64,000 bases of DNA from the human T2T-CHM13v2.0 reference genome, Homo sapiens. This document shows positions 25,645-38,869 of the stretch, piece after piece. The notes beneath the pieces were generated by a model that worked only from the letters and a program-made list of their open reading frames with translations, did not search any database and was not told the DNA's origin. Position 1 is the first letter of the stretch, and each line of letters opens with the position of its first letter. The position numbers and the translations under genes were made by a program. Location: NCBI RefSeq assembly GCF_009914755.1, contig NC_060926.1; one strand, written 5' to 3'.

Positions 25645-28260
25645 TTAACTCATTAACTTATTTATTTATAAATATTTATTAATCAACTGAAATGTGTTTG
25701 GGTGTTTTTTAGTTGCTGGGGTAGAGTACTCTAAAAAGACAAAGTTGCTGTTTTTATGTAGCTTATACGTAATTAGGATGTACAGATAAAAATAATGGTA
25801 TGGATGTATAAATCTAGGTAGAAATTCAAACTTTAAAGATAAATTAAAGAGTAAAAGGAGATAAAGATATATGAGCCCTAATAATTTGTTAGGGTGGCAG
25901 GGAATGTACTCCTAGGGAGCTGATATTTGAACAAAGACCTGAATGGAGTGAGGAAGAAAACTTCTAGATTATTTGGAGGGAGAGTTTCTAGTCAAAAAGG
26001 CAACAAGTGCACATGCCCTAAGGCGGTAGCTTTTTGGGGTTCCTTGAAGAACAGCAAAGAAGATGATGTGACTGGAACATTAAGAGCAAAGGAAAACATG
26101 GTAGGAATGTGAATACACAAAGTTGTAGCGGTATCCAGAGGCTAGAATATGTAGCCTTTGTGAGTTATGGAAAAACATTTAGATTTTGCTTTCTGTGCTA
26201 TGAGAAGCCACTAGAAGTGTTTGATTTACTTGGAATCATCCGATCTGATCATGCTTTAAAAGATTACTCTGGCTGCTGTTACTCTGACTGCAGTAAGTAG
26301 TGTGGACTGAGAGGTCAAAGCAGCAACAGGAAAAGCAATGAAGGGGTCATATCTGTATGTATACCATAGCATCATGTTGTAAACCTCAAATATACACAAT
26401 AAATTTTATTTTACTTTTAGTAAGAGGCTGGCATAGCAATCTGGGTGAAATATAGTGGTGACTTAAAATGTAACAGGAACACTGCTGGTGGTAATAAGAG
26501 GTCAAATTCTGGATATAATTTACACACACATATTTAGTGTCAATAGAACTTACTAATGGAAAATCAAGAAAAATCTTCAGGTTTGGTATTTGAATTATAA
26601 CATTGACAGAGATGATGGTGATAGCAAAAACAACATCTTTGGGAGGGTAATGAAGAGCTCATGTTATATTTCAGATATGTACTAGGAATCCTAGTGGATA
26701 TAACAATTAAGTAGTAATATATGGAAGTATGAAATACAGGAGAAAATTTATGGCTAAACTTGTCATAAATAGGGAAATAGTACCTTTACAGTTATGACCT
26801 TAGATGAGACCAAGAAGAGAGGAAATGTAGATCCAGAAAGAACAAAGTTTGAGAATTGAGCCCTAGAACTATCCAATTTTTATAGATTAGACAGAGTTTT
26901 CTACAAGGAAAACTGGGAAGGAGTGGCCAAGGCAGTATGTGGAAAATCAGGAGAGTGAAATAACTTAGAAGTCAAGTGAAAAAAGTGATTCGAGTTAAAG
27001 GACATGCTAAACGATGCCAAATGTTACTGAGAATGTAAGATGATAACCTAGAATGTGGAAATGTGGAGGCATTTGGTATTATTTGCAATAGCAATTCCAA
27101 AGGATGAACAGAGACACGATGCTGGTTGGAGGGAGTTCAAGCAATAATAGGAGAGGAATAAAAATAACAAATATAGACACTTTCTTTGAAGGAAACAGAG
27201 AAATGAAATTGTGCATGAAGAAAAATATAATATATGGGGGTGTGTGCACACATGTGCTTATAAACAATCTTTCTCATTGTTTATACACACAATAATTATA
27301 CACAATGAGAAAGATACAGTAGATACTGAATTAAATTATAGATTCTGAAGAAAGAGGTAATTTTATTATCCACATCCTTACTAGGATCCAGTATACAAAG
27401 GAGGGATTTCTTGGGATCAAACAGACGTTATTTGTCATAACTGGGGAGCAGATACAGTAGATGGATTGAAATACAGTAACCTAGGAAGTAGACATGGTCA
27501 TGGAAATATGTTTCAATTTTCTTCACTTTGCTTTTTTTCCCCCTGGTAAAATGAAAATCAAGGTCATAAACTGAAATGTGAACTAGTTGCCTGGGACAGG
27601 AGGAGAATGGATTGACAAGAGGAATCTAATAGGAGTCTTGGGCAGCACAAAGTCCCCACTTGTCATTGAAAACATTGATTTGTAAATGAAGTCACCAGCT
27701 TTTCTCTAGTTACATGAGACTGTTGGGTTCACTTATGGAGTAGGCAAAGAATAAACATGTTCTGCCTCGACAGCAGAATATTTTGGAGGGGCAAAGGACC
27801 AAGACAGTGGAGTATGAATGAAAATGCATTAGTATAGAGATGAATCATGGAAACAGAGTGGATACAGATGAAATTGAGGAGGTAAAGAGAATGATGGGTA
27901 GTGAAATGTTGGTAGGGTCAAGGAATCTTAAATACTGATAGGACTGGGGATTGTGATTCTAGACTGCTAAGTTAGAAAGACAGGTCATACTGTAAAAGCA
28001 GACCCATGAAGTGAGTATTATGAGGTACAATAGTAATTGGGAAAAATAGTGTTCAGTAAATAATCCTGAGAATGAGCAATTGAGAAGGGATGGAAGATAA
28101 AAGCATCAGTAGTGGGGAGAAAAAGGATGAGAAACACAGTGAGATGGATGAATTATTTTAAAACACCAGCAATAGTGGCCAACATCAGAGTGGAGAGAGA
28201 GCAGTAAGCCAAGTGCAAAAAAATCTTCCATGAAAGAGTATATGCCCAGGAAAAAGGAAG
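25645..28260 (-). mobile_element. Long degraded L2 (antisense), with a small L1 3' tail remnant at ~26348-26410
   Basis: L2 tail 'cattaacttatttatttataaatatttatt'; motifs 'gatatttgaacaaagacctgaatgga', 'tatgagaagccactagaag', 'tttaaaagattactctggctgc'; the right boundary is uncertain. Confidence 0.7.
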
Positions 28261-29974
28261 TGCCTTCAAAGGAACATAGATGAAGTATCTGATGACAGAT
28301 AATTTAATTTTTTTATTATTTTTTTGTTTTAGGGATGAGGCAATGAGAAATGAGAAAAAAAGTTCTCTACAGATCCACTATAGTTGTGTTGCTGAGGAAA
28401 CACAAGCAGCACCATGAGAGGCCTATTGGGGATGTAGTAGTATCTTCAGCCAACACCAACATTACATTCAGAGCAAAAATAAAATGAAGGGGAACTTCAG
28501 AGAGGCAGTGGGTATAAGAGGTTTTGCTGATAATAAACAGTGTGCTCTGGAGAGCACAGTGTAAAGAATAAGACCATGGGTCCAGCAATGGTTAGTACAC
28601 TCTAATGGATATGGAAACCTCTGTGATATGGGATAGCTAAAAAAAAAAAAAACAAAACAAACAAACAAACAAAAATCAGGCTTCTAGTGGTGACTTGGTA
28701 ATCAAGGAATCAGTCAGTATTAATAGTCTCTAAAAGAAATATAGACAATCAGTTATTACATTAGTTATATTTCTTGGGACTGCTAGGTGGTTTAGAGACT
28801 TCAGGAAGGTCAGAGTTCTATGGGTCTCTCTTGAAATCCTGCTGAGAGCAAGACTGAGACAGGTAGAGGTGCAATCTAATCAGAAATACTTGTCCTTGGA
28901 ACAGTTCCTTCCCCCTCCCATTCTGCTACCATAACCCGGGAAAATGTGTCTCCTTTTCTTTTTTATTTTTGTGAATATAGTGCCTATGTCAGAAATGATT
29001 AAAGTATATGGCTTACACTTTAACCAGAACAATAGATTATAAGCTCTAGAGGTTTCTATTAGATAATCCAATCATAGATTTACTGCAATTTGACACCTGC
29101 CAAATGCTTGCCTAAGACATATGATATTTGAGAGGAAGAATAGCTGGATAGAGAGACTGTGTATCCATGAGGGTCTCTCTTAAGTCACTATCCTTATAAT
29201 TTAGATCACTAGAATGCAACAGAGCCTAACACATAATTATCTCAGCTTCTCACTGAGCTGTGATTTAGTAATATGCCTTCTCCTTTATAAAGATTCGATA
29301 GTAGATGCATGCATTTGAAAATTTCTGTCTTTTAGGAAACCATAGATTATCCATTGTGTGAATTGCTGTCTCTTAAGCAGAGACTTTTGCTATGAATTCA
29401 TTTTTATCTTTATTTCAAGAAAATAATTGGACTCTATAAAGGAATTTTTGCTAGATGTCTGGCATTTTGCCAGAGGAAAAAAAATTATTTAACGACTCAC
29501 ATTTCCCTCTTTTTCTAGATCTTGGGAGGCCTGGGTCCTAGAAAGCTTAGGATCCTATGCAAAACCCTACTCTAACTCATTTCAAGTGTCTGGAAATGTA
29601 GTACATGCCGTGGATGTACGTCAGGTATTCTCTTCTGAACCTTAACTATACTATTAAACTTTATGACAGAATTCAGACTATCTCAAGTTCTTTAAGAAGT
29701 AGACTAAGAACAAATACTTAGAATATATAAAATATATCTATTCCATCAATTTTACTCTATGTTAAGAAAAACCCATATTGCTTTTTATGTTATATAAACA
29801 TAGATTTTCTATGTTCCCAGATAAATCTGAAAAAAAAATCGTATGCATTTATGAGAATGCATCGATCTTAGAGTATGAGGAAAGCGGATAAAATGATGTT
29901 AATAATACTCTTAATAGCAGATTCAATTAGTCTATTTTTTTGTGTGTACTTTTAAATACCTTCTTTAGTCATGA

Positions 29975-30120
29975 CAACTTTACAATTTATGATTGTTATT
30001 AACCGTGGCAGCTTAGAGAGAGTAATTAAAATTTCTGCTCTCACATTGCCTGTAGATAGCAGAATGGGAGTAAGAATTCATGTCTGTTTGCCTTCAAAGT
30101 TTATGCTCTTAACCTTTCAT
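29975..30120 (-). mobile_element. MIR fragment
   Basis: 'gaattcatgtctgtttgccttcaaagtttatgctcttaacc'. Confidence 0.6.
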
Positions 30121-31499
30121 CTATTACCTCCTAACTTCATTAAAGATACTCCATTTTTTCCTGCATTCATATTTTTACTACCTCTGCTTCCAGCCAAAGT
30201 TCTTGCAAAGACCCTGGTGCAGAGGCAGAGCAAACCCTCATTACATTGCTGACCTTGTGATTAGAGACCAACTGAAATGGCCCAGGAAGTTTTGCGATTC
30301 TCAAGTGTCTTACAAAGCTCAGTAAACATCAATAACAGAAATTCTACTAAGGACTAATACAGTATAATTTTTCCCAAGTGGATATGCTGCCTTCGTTTAT
30401 TTTACTTTAAAAAGTAATATTAGAGGGAAGGTTTAGATCAGAATGCATCAGCACCTTAAACAAAAGCCAAGAGGAAAACAGACGGGGATAGGCATCTTTG
30501 TAACATTTGAATTGTCTAAAATAATTTTTGAAAAATATCTAACAAAACCTTACTCATTTGATCAGTCAATTGAAAAGCTGTGTGGCTCAGTGGGGATTTC
30601 ATGGGGTTTGAGCTGTTACAACTGGGTTTTCAATTTTGATGTGAGCCTTGATCAGTTGTAAAAACTTGGATCAGTCAGTCAGTCAGTCAGTTATTCTAAA
30701 CATGGGATACTCATGAGTAGCATAATGATGATAAAATAATATCAAACTCATAAACTGTCCCAAAGATCAAAGGATATTATACTTATGAAGACATTATACT
30801 GAGAGGTTTGTGGTAACTTTTTTTTTCTATTTTAATAGACAATGTAAATAAAAGTAGTGGTTTCTACTTTAATGAATGTTTCCATCATGATTCTATAGAT
30901 TAAAAACATTTATAATGGTGTATTCTTTCAGAAAATACTTTTCTCATATCCCTGGAGCTTAATTTTAATAGAAAAATGTGGTACAGTTTATCTCAGAAAA
31001 GAGATTCTTTTACATGCACTACATCTTTTTTAATTCTTAAGGAACATGTGGATTCAGAAATGTATATGGGGCTCCTTTCACTAGTTTTAATTCTTTCTTT
31101 TCTGGTTCATGTCCTGAATGCTTTTGAAAAGTAAAAGACCATTGTGGAACTCAGGATCCTCTAAGAGTATGCAGCTAGCTCATTTAATAAGAAACTCTGA
31201 GAAGTTAAATTTATCGTGAGCTAGCTTTCCCTGTTCTGTCCTGGGATACATCCTGAATTTACCCTGCAACTCTTTCTTCCTTCTCATTTCTCTCAACCAT
31301 GCTAAAACCCTTTATTTTTTTCCATCCTAAAGATAGGCATTGAACAATTTGAACAATGGCTTTCTAAGTAAAGTCTTTGAAAATGTGGTTTCAAAGATTA
31401 CTTCAATGCTCTGAACTAACAGAGCATTTCAGAAAGGTAGTTTTCTGCAATGCTCTGTTAGTGCTAGCCTTCTAGTATTTACATGTAACTTTACTTGAG

Positions 31500-31680
31500 T
31501 CTGAAATGACTATTCATTATATAGTAAATTCTAGCAAGGCAGGAGTTGTTGTTTGTTTCTTTTTAATTTGTATGTTTTCTTGTTTTTTTCCCTTTTGGTA
31601 TGTTTATTCACTGATTAACCCCTATTAACCAAAACAGAGGTTAGTGCCTAGAAAATATTGCTGAAGAAATAAGTGAATGC
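31500..31680 (+). mobile_element. L2 3' end
   Basis: 'atagtaaattctagcaaggcagga...ttattcactg...aaatattgctgaagaaataagtgaatg'. Confidence 0.55.
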
Positions 31681-32370
31681 ATTTCAATTTCAAAAATAAA
31701 CCTTATGACAAGCATTTCTCAGTACTTTCAGCTAAACAATTATGGACTCATACTGGATTTCATCTCAGAATTAGAAAATACGTAGTAATTTTCTAGGAAG
31801 GTAGGTAACAAGGCAAATGCAAAAGCCTATAAGAAGTACCGGCTTTTGATTTGACATTAATGGAGATTAGTTAAAAATAAAAGCAGCTGCTCTGCAATAA
31901 TAAACAAAAAATTCAACACCCCTCTCTCCCTTACCATTCTGTCACTCTAGTCTTATCTTTTAATTAAAACTGAACTTTAAAATAAATGTGTCTGGCTTCC
32001 AAATTTATTAAATGGAATATCAATGGAGATTCTAGATTCAGAAATTGGTATGCTATAGAATGCCTTTTAAAAATAAATGGCCACATCAAAAGCTCTGATT
32101 TTATTGAAAGTTCATTTATAGTTCTTCTAATAGAAAGAGTAAAAGAAAGTTGTGAAAATTGAAGCGGCTTAATTTTAGACTCCTTTATAGTATTTTAAAG
32201 TGCTCACACAGCTTTTATTTAAAGAATTATTAACTTTTATTAAACATGGAAATTTTGCCAAAAAATGTAAAGTTAATTATGGTTTATATAATGCAAGCCA
32301 ACTTGAAACTTCTGAATTTATGCTTGCTAATTTTTTATACATTATTTTTGTGCTTTGCTTAAAAGCCATC

Positions 32371-32744
32371 TGTATTAGTCCATTTTCACACTGCTTTGAT
32401 GACATACCAGAAACAGGGTAATTTATAAAGAAAAGAGTTTTAATTTACTCTCAGTTCCATATGGCTGGGGAGGCCTCAGGAAACTTACAATCATGGTGGA
32501 AGGTGAAACAGGCGTGTCTTACATGGCGACAGGCAAGAGAAGTGCAGAGCAAAGGCGGGGAAAGCCCCTTATAAAACCTTCGGATCTTGTGAGAATTCAC
32601 TCACTATTATGAAAACAGCATGGGGGAACCGACCCTATGATCTAATCACCTCCTACAAAGTCCCTCCCCCAACATGTGGGAATTACAATTCAGATTACAA
32701 GTCAAGATGAGATTTGGGTGGGGACACAGAGCCAGACCATATCA
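32371..32744 (-). mobile_element. THE1C/D-type MaLR solo LTR
   Basis: tgtattagtcc...ccatatca termini; perfect 5-bp TSD ccatc (32366-32370, 32745-32749). Confidence 0.97.
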
Positions 32745-33787
32745 CCATCATAACCAAATGCACTGAAGATTATCTCAATCATATAACCTTTGAGTTAGCA
32801 GTGATCAGTGGTTGCTATTTCATCTATTATTTTATCACTAGCCAATGCCATAAACTTGTTAATAATAAAAAAAGGTAATAATTTTGTTTATAGGCATATG
32901 TGAACCACATACAGACACTTAATTTTTGATTATGCTATGGTATATTTAAAGATCATTGGGTATTTGGAGTATGATTTTTAGTTCTGGTTCTATTACTTTG
33001 TATGACTTTGGCTAGTTTAGCACTTTATAGCACCATTATTATTTATAAAAAAAGAATAGTGATCTTTAACCTTGATTAACCCTTTGGATAGGTAGAAGGA
33101 TAGAATATATGTTGAAATATTTTAGATAATTTAAATTATATCAATGCAAAACATTAAATATTAATCCTTCAGATATAAGATTTTCAAAACAGAAGAGATA
33201 ATAGTTTTACTATTATATTGATCTTTGTTGCTGTGGTAGTCATTGTTTTATCAATTTGATCTGTTATAAACAATCTGTATCTGCGTATTTGTGAGTATGT
33301 TCAGGAGTGAGTGACAGTGCCATATTTAGGTCTTCAAATTTTTGCTGTACCATTTATATCCACTGGGTAGAAACAAATGTTAAAAAAAGGCAAAAATAGA
33401 GAAAAAAAAGCAAAGGTTAATTGTAGAAATATAGATGATATTAAATCCTACAATTGATAACATCATAGGAGGTGGTATTGGTCATTTAAAAATAAAATAT
33501 ATAATTACAATGTAATATCATAGAAGAAAGACAAGAGGGTGGTTGTATCTTTTGGCATAAATTCATAAGACTTGCTTGTAAACATAAGCATGTATTATTA
33601 CCTAGGCTTTGAATTTCAAAATACGGTGTAAACTACTCATGGTAATATAGATCTTGTTAGACAAACGTTCATGTAAAAAATGATCTGCAAGCATTACTGT
33701 AAAAGAAAAATAACCTGGATTACTTGAATAGAATGGTTTACAGTGCTCAGTTAAAGTTGATACTTCTTCTACATTGCAGTATTAGGG

Positions 33788-34089
33788 TTTTTTTTTTTTT
33801 TTTAACTTTTAAGTTCAGTGGTACAAATGCAGGTTTGTTACATAGGTAAACTTGTGTCATGGAGGTTTGTTGTGCAGGTTATTTCATTATCCAGGTATTA
33901 AGCCTATGACCCACCAGTTATCCTTCCTGATTCTCTCCCTCGTCCCACCTTCCATCCTCCGAAAAGTTCCAGTGCGTGTTGTTCCCCTCTATGTGTCCGT
34001 GTGTTCTCATCATTTGGCTCCCACTTATCAGTAAGAACATATATTTGGTTTTCTGTTCCTGTGTTAGTTTGCTAAGGATAACAGCCTCT
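33788..34089 (-). mobile_element. L1PA-type 3' end, 5'-truncated
   Basis: Poly-T followed by 'gcaggtttgttacataggtaaacttgtgtcatgg...gttagtttgctaaggataa'. Confidence 0.93.
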
Positions 34090-34489
34090 AAAAAGAGGCA
34101 ATTTACAATTTAGTGTGTGTCTGGGATGGTAAGAAGTCCGTAAGCCATACACACAAGGAACACGTTAAATACTAGGCCTGATAGAATGCCCCGCCAAAAT
34201 GCTATCATAGCACTGGGGCACTTTATCATTCTCTGTAACCACATTAAGCTGTCAACCCGATAATATATCATGTTGCTTATTCACTGTAGAATCCCTAGTA
34301 CCTACTGTATATTAATTCTATAGTATTAATTTTTCTTCTGGAGAAAAAAATCTAAAATCTAAAAGTGTTGTAAGATTGGTGCATTCAAAGTAAGAATGGG
34401 CAAAACAAAAAGAATGAGCATTAATATGGAATGCTCAAAAAATAGAATTGATCAAATGGATGGTTCAGTGAGATTAATTTCAGCTCAGT

Positions 34490-34695
34490 TTAAAGGAAGA
34501 TATAACCAGAAGACAAGTCTAAATATTGAGCAGGATATTTCCAAAAGTAAAACCCAATCCATCAACAACAATATTTAACCTGAGACTCAATAAACATAGA
34601 TCAAGATTATTCTGGTAAGGAAATTTCTGTCCTGGGATTGAAGTTTGAATTAAGTAGCATCTAAAAGTCTTTATAGCCTAAATCTCTATTGTTAT
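34490..34695 (+). mobile_element. Possible L3/CR1 3' end relic
   Basis: 'gaagtttgaattaagtagcatctaaaagtctttatagcctaaatctctat' weakly resembles the CR1 3' terminus. Confidence 0.35.
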
Positions 34696-35902
34696 GTGAT
34701 TCAGCTCACAAAACAAGAGCCAATAGAAGCATCATCCAAAAGCAAAGATCACAGATCTTTCACCACCAAAGATGAATCACAGTATGGACTGGCCCAGGGC
34801 TACCAAAGATGGTCACTTCCAGATTGGTTGGTTTCCTTACTCCATAGAAGACAGGGACCTGATGTCAACACATTTTGGCTTATCTTGTGCTCACCAGCTT
34901 CACATTCTGCTTGTAAAGAATGGCACAATTGCCTTTCCAGGACCTTTTCTTGTCCTGTACTTGTATTATATCTCATTGTCCTTTATGAGATCATTAAAAT
35001 GAATAAACACAGTAATTACATTGCCAGCAAGTAGGGTTAATCTTACTACATGTATCCTAAATGTCCTAACTGTTTTGAAAACCAGCTTGTCTGTGTTTCA
35101 AATGTTGAACAACAAAGGTAATGGCTTTTACACCTAGTCAAAGCAATGGTTTTCTTATATGGGATTTTAGATTTGCCACAGGGGAAAAACTGTAATCACT
35201 TTGTTCACAATGATAATAGCTTAATGTACATCATTTATTGTGAGGCAGCTGAAATGGTGGTGTAGTTCAGAACTGTGCATTATCTCTGAGGGCCAGAGCA
35301 GGACTGCCATTTTTGGCAAGGAACGGCTAGCTATCCGTTTCCTGCCACTTTATTGGAATAATACAGAGATTCATTTGCTTGCTAGGATTTTTTTTTTTTT
35401 TTTTTTGGCTATGAAATCTAGAAAATGTATTCTTTGTTACTGCAGTGATGCTCATTTTTGGGTCCATGCTTTTGTTTCTCTCTTCAGTACTTTCTCTCAC
35501 CTCTTTACTTCATTCACAACCTAGAAAGAACTACAGGGAAAGGATGCAGTACTCCCACCTGAACTCAGCATTGAAAGGTCTTTTGTTCCCTATCTGAGAA
35601 TGAGATGGAAATCATTCAAAAGGGAATTATGTGAACACAGCTGCCTTATACCAATTTGTGGCCATGTGGATTCTGGTTCTTGGTTCTCCGGAAGCCTCTC
35701 CACCTCTACTATGCAAAGGCCTACATAGCCATGAAGAACCCCATGAAAACACTCCAAGACTGAGTTCTACTTGCATTAAGAAGGTCTGCGTTTCCCCTCT
35801 TGGAAGGTAGCTGGATTCAATAACTCGCTAAATTATAACACCTACATAAGGAGCAAACTTTCCAGCCTATGGGTGAGAGTTGAGAGCACTGAACGATATT
35901 GC

Positions 35903-36150
35903 TACAGTTTAGTGTAGTGATTGAGAGTGCAGTTTCTAATCAGACTGGTTGGGTTTGAATCTCTGCTCCAGCTCTTATTAGCTGTGTGACTTCAGGCAAT
36001 TTAATAAACTCCCTCTGAAATAGAATTATAAATAGTGCCAGTATCAAGGGATTGTTATGAGAATTAAATGTGATAATGTCTCTGGAGCACTTAGAACAGT
36101 TCCTATTTCATCATAAGTGTAATAAATTCCAACACACTATTACTATTGTT
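35903..36150 (+). mobile_element. MIR SINE, near full length
   Basis: 'gtgtagtgattgagagtgcag...gggtttgaatctctgctc...tagctgtgtgacttcaggcaa...gttatgagaattaaatg...agcacttagaacag'. Confidence 0.9.
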
Positions 36151-37075
36151 GTCACTCTGCTCCTACTAATATTATTATTATACTGTAAAAGTATTTAATC
36201 TCCCACAGATAACCAAGGTAGATAGTCTTATAAGGAAATAAAAATGCAGGAAATGAATTATTCACCTCACCCATAATAAGCCCTCATTTGTATTTCTGGT
36301 GGACTGATATTCATGTGTGGATGTACTTTTGGTGAGCTGGTAACCCAGTAGAGGCACAGCTGTTCAGGCACTTAAATGACAATCTTACCCAGGGTAGCAT
36401 GAGAAAAGAGAAAGATTTATACTTTGTGTCATTGTTACTTTTGTCATAGTTGGTTTCGTTTTAAATCTGCCTTAGCTCCAGGGCTTGCTGAGTACAGAGC
36501 CAGCTGGAAAGAAAAGCTCCAATAAGTACTTATTTATCCACTCCTAGTGCATAACATCCTCAATATGTTGGAGGATACAGGGAAAAGGAAATTACAGGTT
36601 TCATTTTGCCAAATATTTCTGTCATTTCACATGATAATTTTGGCTTTTCTTGCCATCAATTTGATGTATCTAAAAATACAGACAAATTATCCACGAACAA
36701 GGCCACTCAATTGGAGCTGTGTGTGTTAGATTTTGGAGCGAATCCAGATTCCAAAAGTTTGGTTAGTTTCCATTCTCAAGCATGAATTTTTTAGTGTCAT
36801 TTATATTGAAATGTATCTGAAAATGGATGCATTAGGGAGTTGGTGGAAGTGGCATTTCCTCCAGGGAGCATTCCGTTTACAGCAACACAGTTACATCCTG
36901 GAAAGAACTCTACTTGTCTCACTGCATGATAATAACCTATTTCAAATGGTAAAACAAAATTTCTTTTATGTGTCTGTATTTATGCTTTCTCTGGTATATA
37001 CATAGCTTATCTTCCTGAAATAACATTTTGAAATTCAAAAAAATAGAGCCAAACAAATTGCATGTAACTTTTTCG

Positions 37076-37384
<309 letters not shown>

Positions 37385-38869
37385 TGAATTTCCTAGTCAG
37401 CAGCCTCATTCTACCTTGTCAAGATCAGGTTCTGGGAAAGTTCCTTAATGGCTCCTTCTTCATTAGTTTTCCCTATAGTTATCTCTCACACATGGTACTT
37501 ATTACTGTAAGTAACTAGAAAAAATTAGTAATCTTTATTTTTGAAGTTGGTTACATAGTCAATGACCTGGCACCAATGGTATGCAACAATTAACATTTGT
37601 ATGATAACATTCTGATTCCACAAGTAACTTATTTTGCTTTAATGCTCTCAAATTAGACTAAGTGGCATATATTTAAGGATTAGAGAATTGTGATGAAATA
37701 ATATAAAACTTCAGTGCACTTTTCATTAGTTCTCTACAGTTTATCAACAGCATATAATAGATAAAGTATTAAATAGAATACATTTAGATTATAAGTGCAA
37801 TTTATAAAACATTTCATATGAATTAGATTAATAGTAGTGCAGTCCTTATACCTGAAAGCAAAATTATAGAATATTTCTATTGAATTGGCATTGGTACATT
37901 TTTTAAAAATTTATATTACATAAAACGCTTTATTTTAAATAATTTTGCACACAATTAGAAAGCTAACTAAATACCTGGGGTTGTCCTTTTAATAGTATAG
38001 GGCAAGCCCCGCTATAAAATGGAGAAACTGGAAAAACATTGAGACGTGAGTTCTAACCTCAATTCAGTTATTTTTGTGAAGGCAGCCATCTCTCTTTTTA
38101 TCAGTCTTCCAATCTCCTCACCTGGTGATGCTTGCTTTGTTTCAGCTTCTAAACTTTTACTACCTGACTATTCTATTGTACTATCCTATTAATAGATATT
38201 TTACTAAACAGCTTATGCTTATTAAAATCAAGAAGCATATATTATATATGTATATATCAGAAAGCCTATGCTATGTGTCTTTGATTCCTGTTATCACCTT
38301 GTATAATACTATATGGAAAAAAGACTCTGAATAATCATTTCCTTAAATTACATAAAATGATCATTAGCAGAATTACCTCTATGAAAGTCAGATAAAAATG
38401 CTCTCAAGTAATGATATTAACACAGATTCTTGTCATCATGGTGAAATTTCCAGAATGACTTTCTCTTTGAAAATGTGACATTTAAAATCAAGGCATTCTT
38501 ACTCTGTCAGTAAGCTGCTTAATCAAATTGCTTTGTGGCTTTTAACTTAACATTCTTGCTCTTTGAGTCTCTCCTATTCAAGTTATGGGCTAGGGGTGAG
38601 TACTAGGAAAGGAGGGGGCAACATATGCCACTGGAAGTTCCTGACAGGCCGATACATGGTCCTGATTATCATGTCCTGGCACAGTGCCTAGTGAATAATT
38701 GATATTCAGTAGATATGTGTTTAATGAATAACAATACACACTCATAAAGTGGTATACGAGAAAAGCTGAGGTTCTTCACAATCTCTAAATCCATTTCTAA
38801 AATATGTATTTTCTGGGGAAGAAAATTGAAGAGTGAAGAAGAGAATATGGCAAAACATCATCCATTTCA

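Noticed and set aside
28639-28676. Orphan poly(A)/(CAAA)n as the tail of a processed pseudogene
   Set aside because: No TSD and no recognisable upstream cDNA body.
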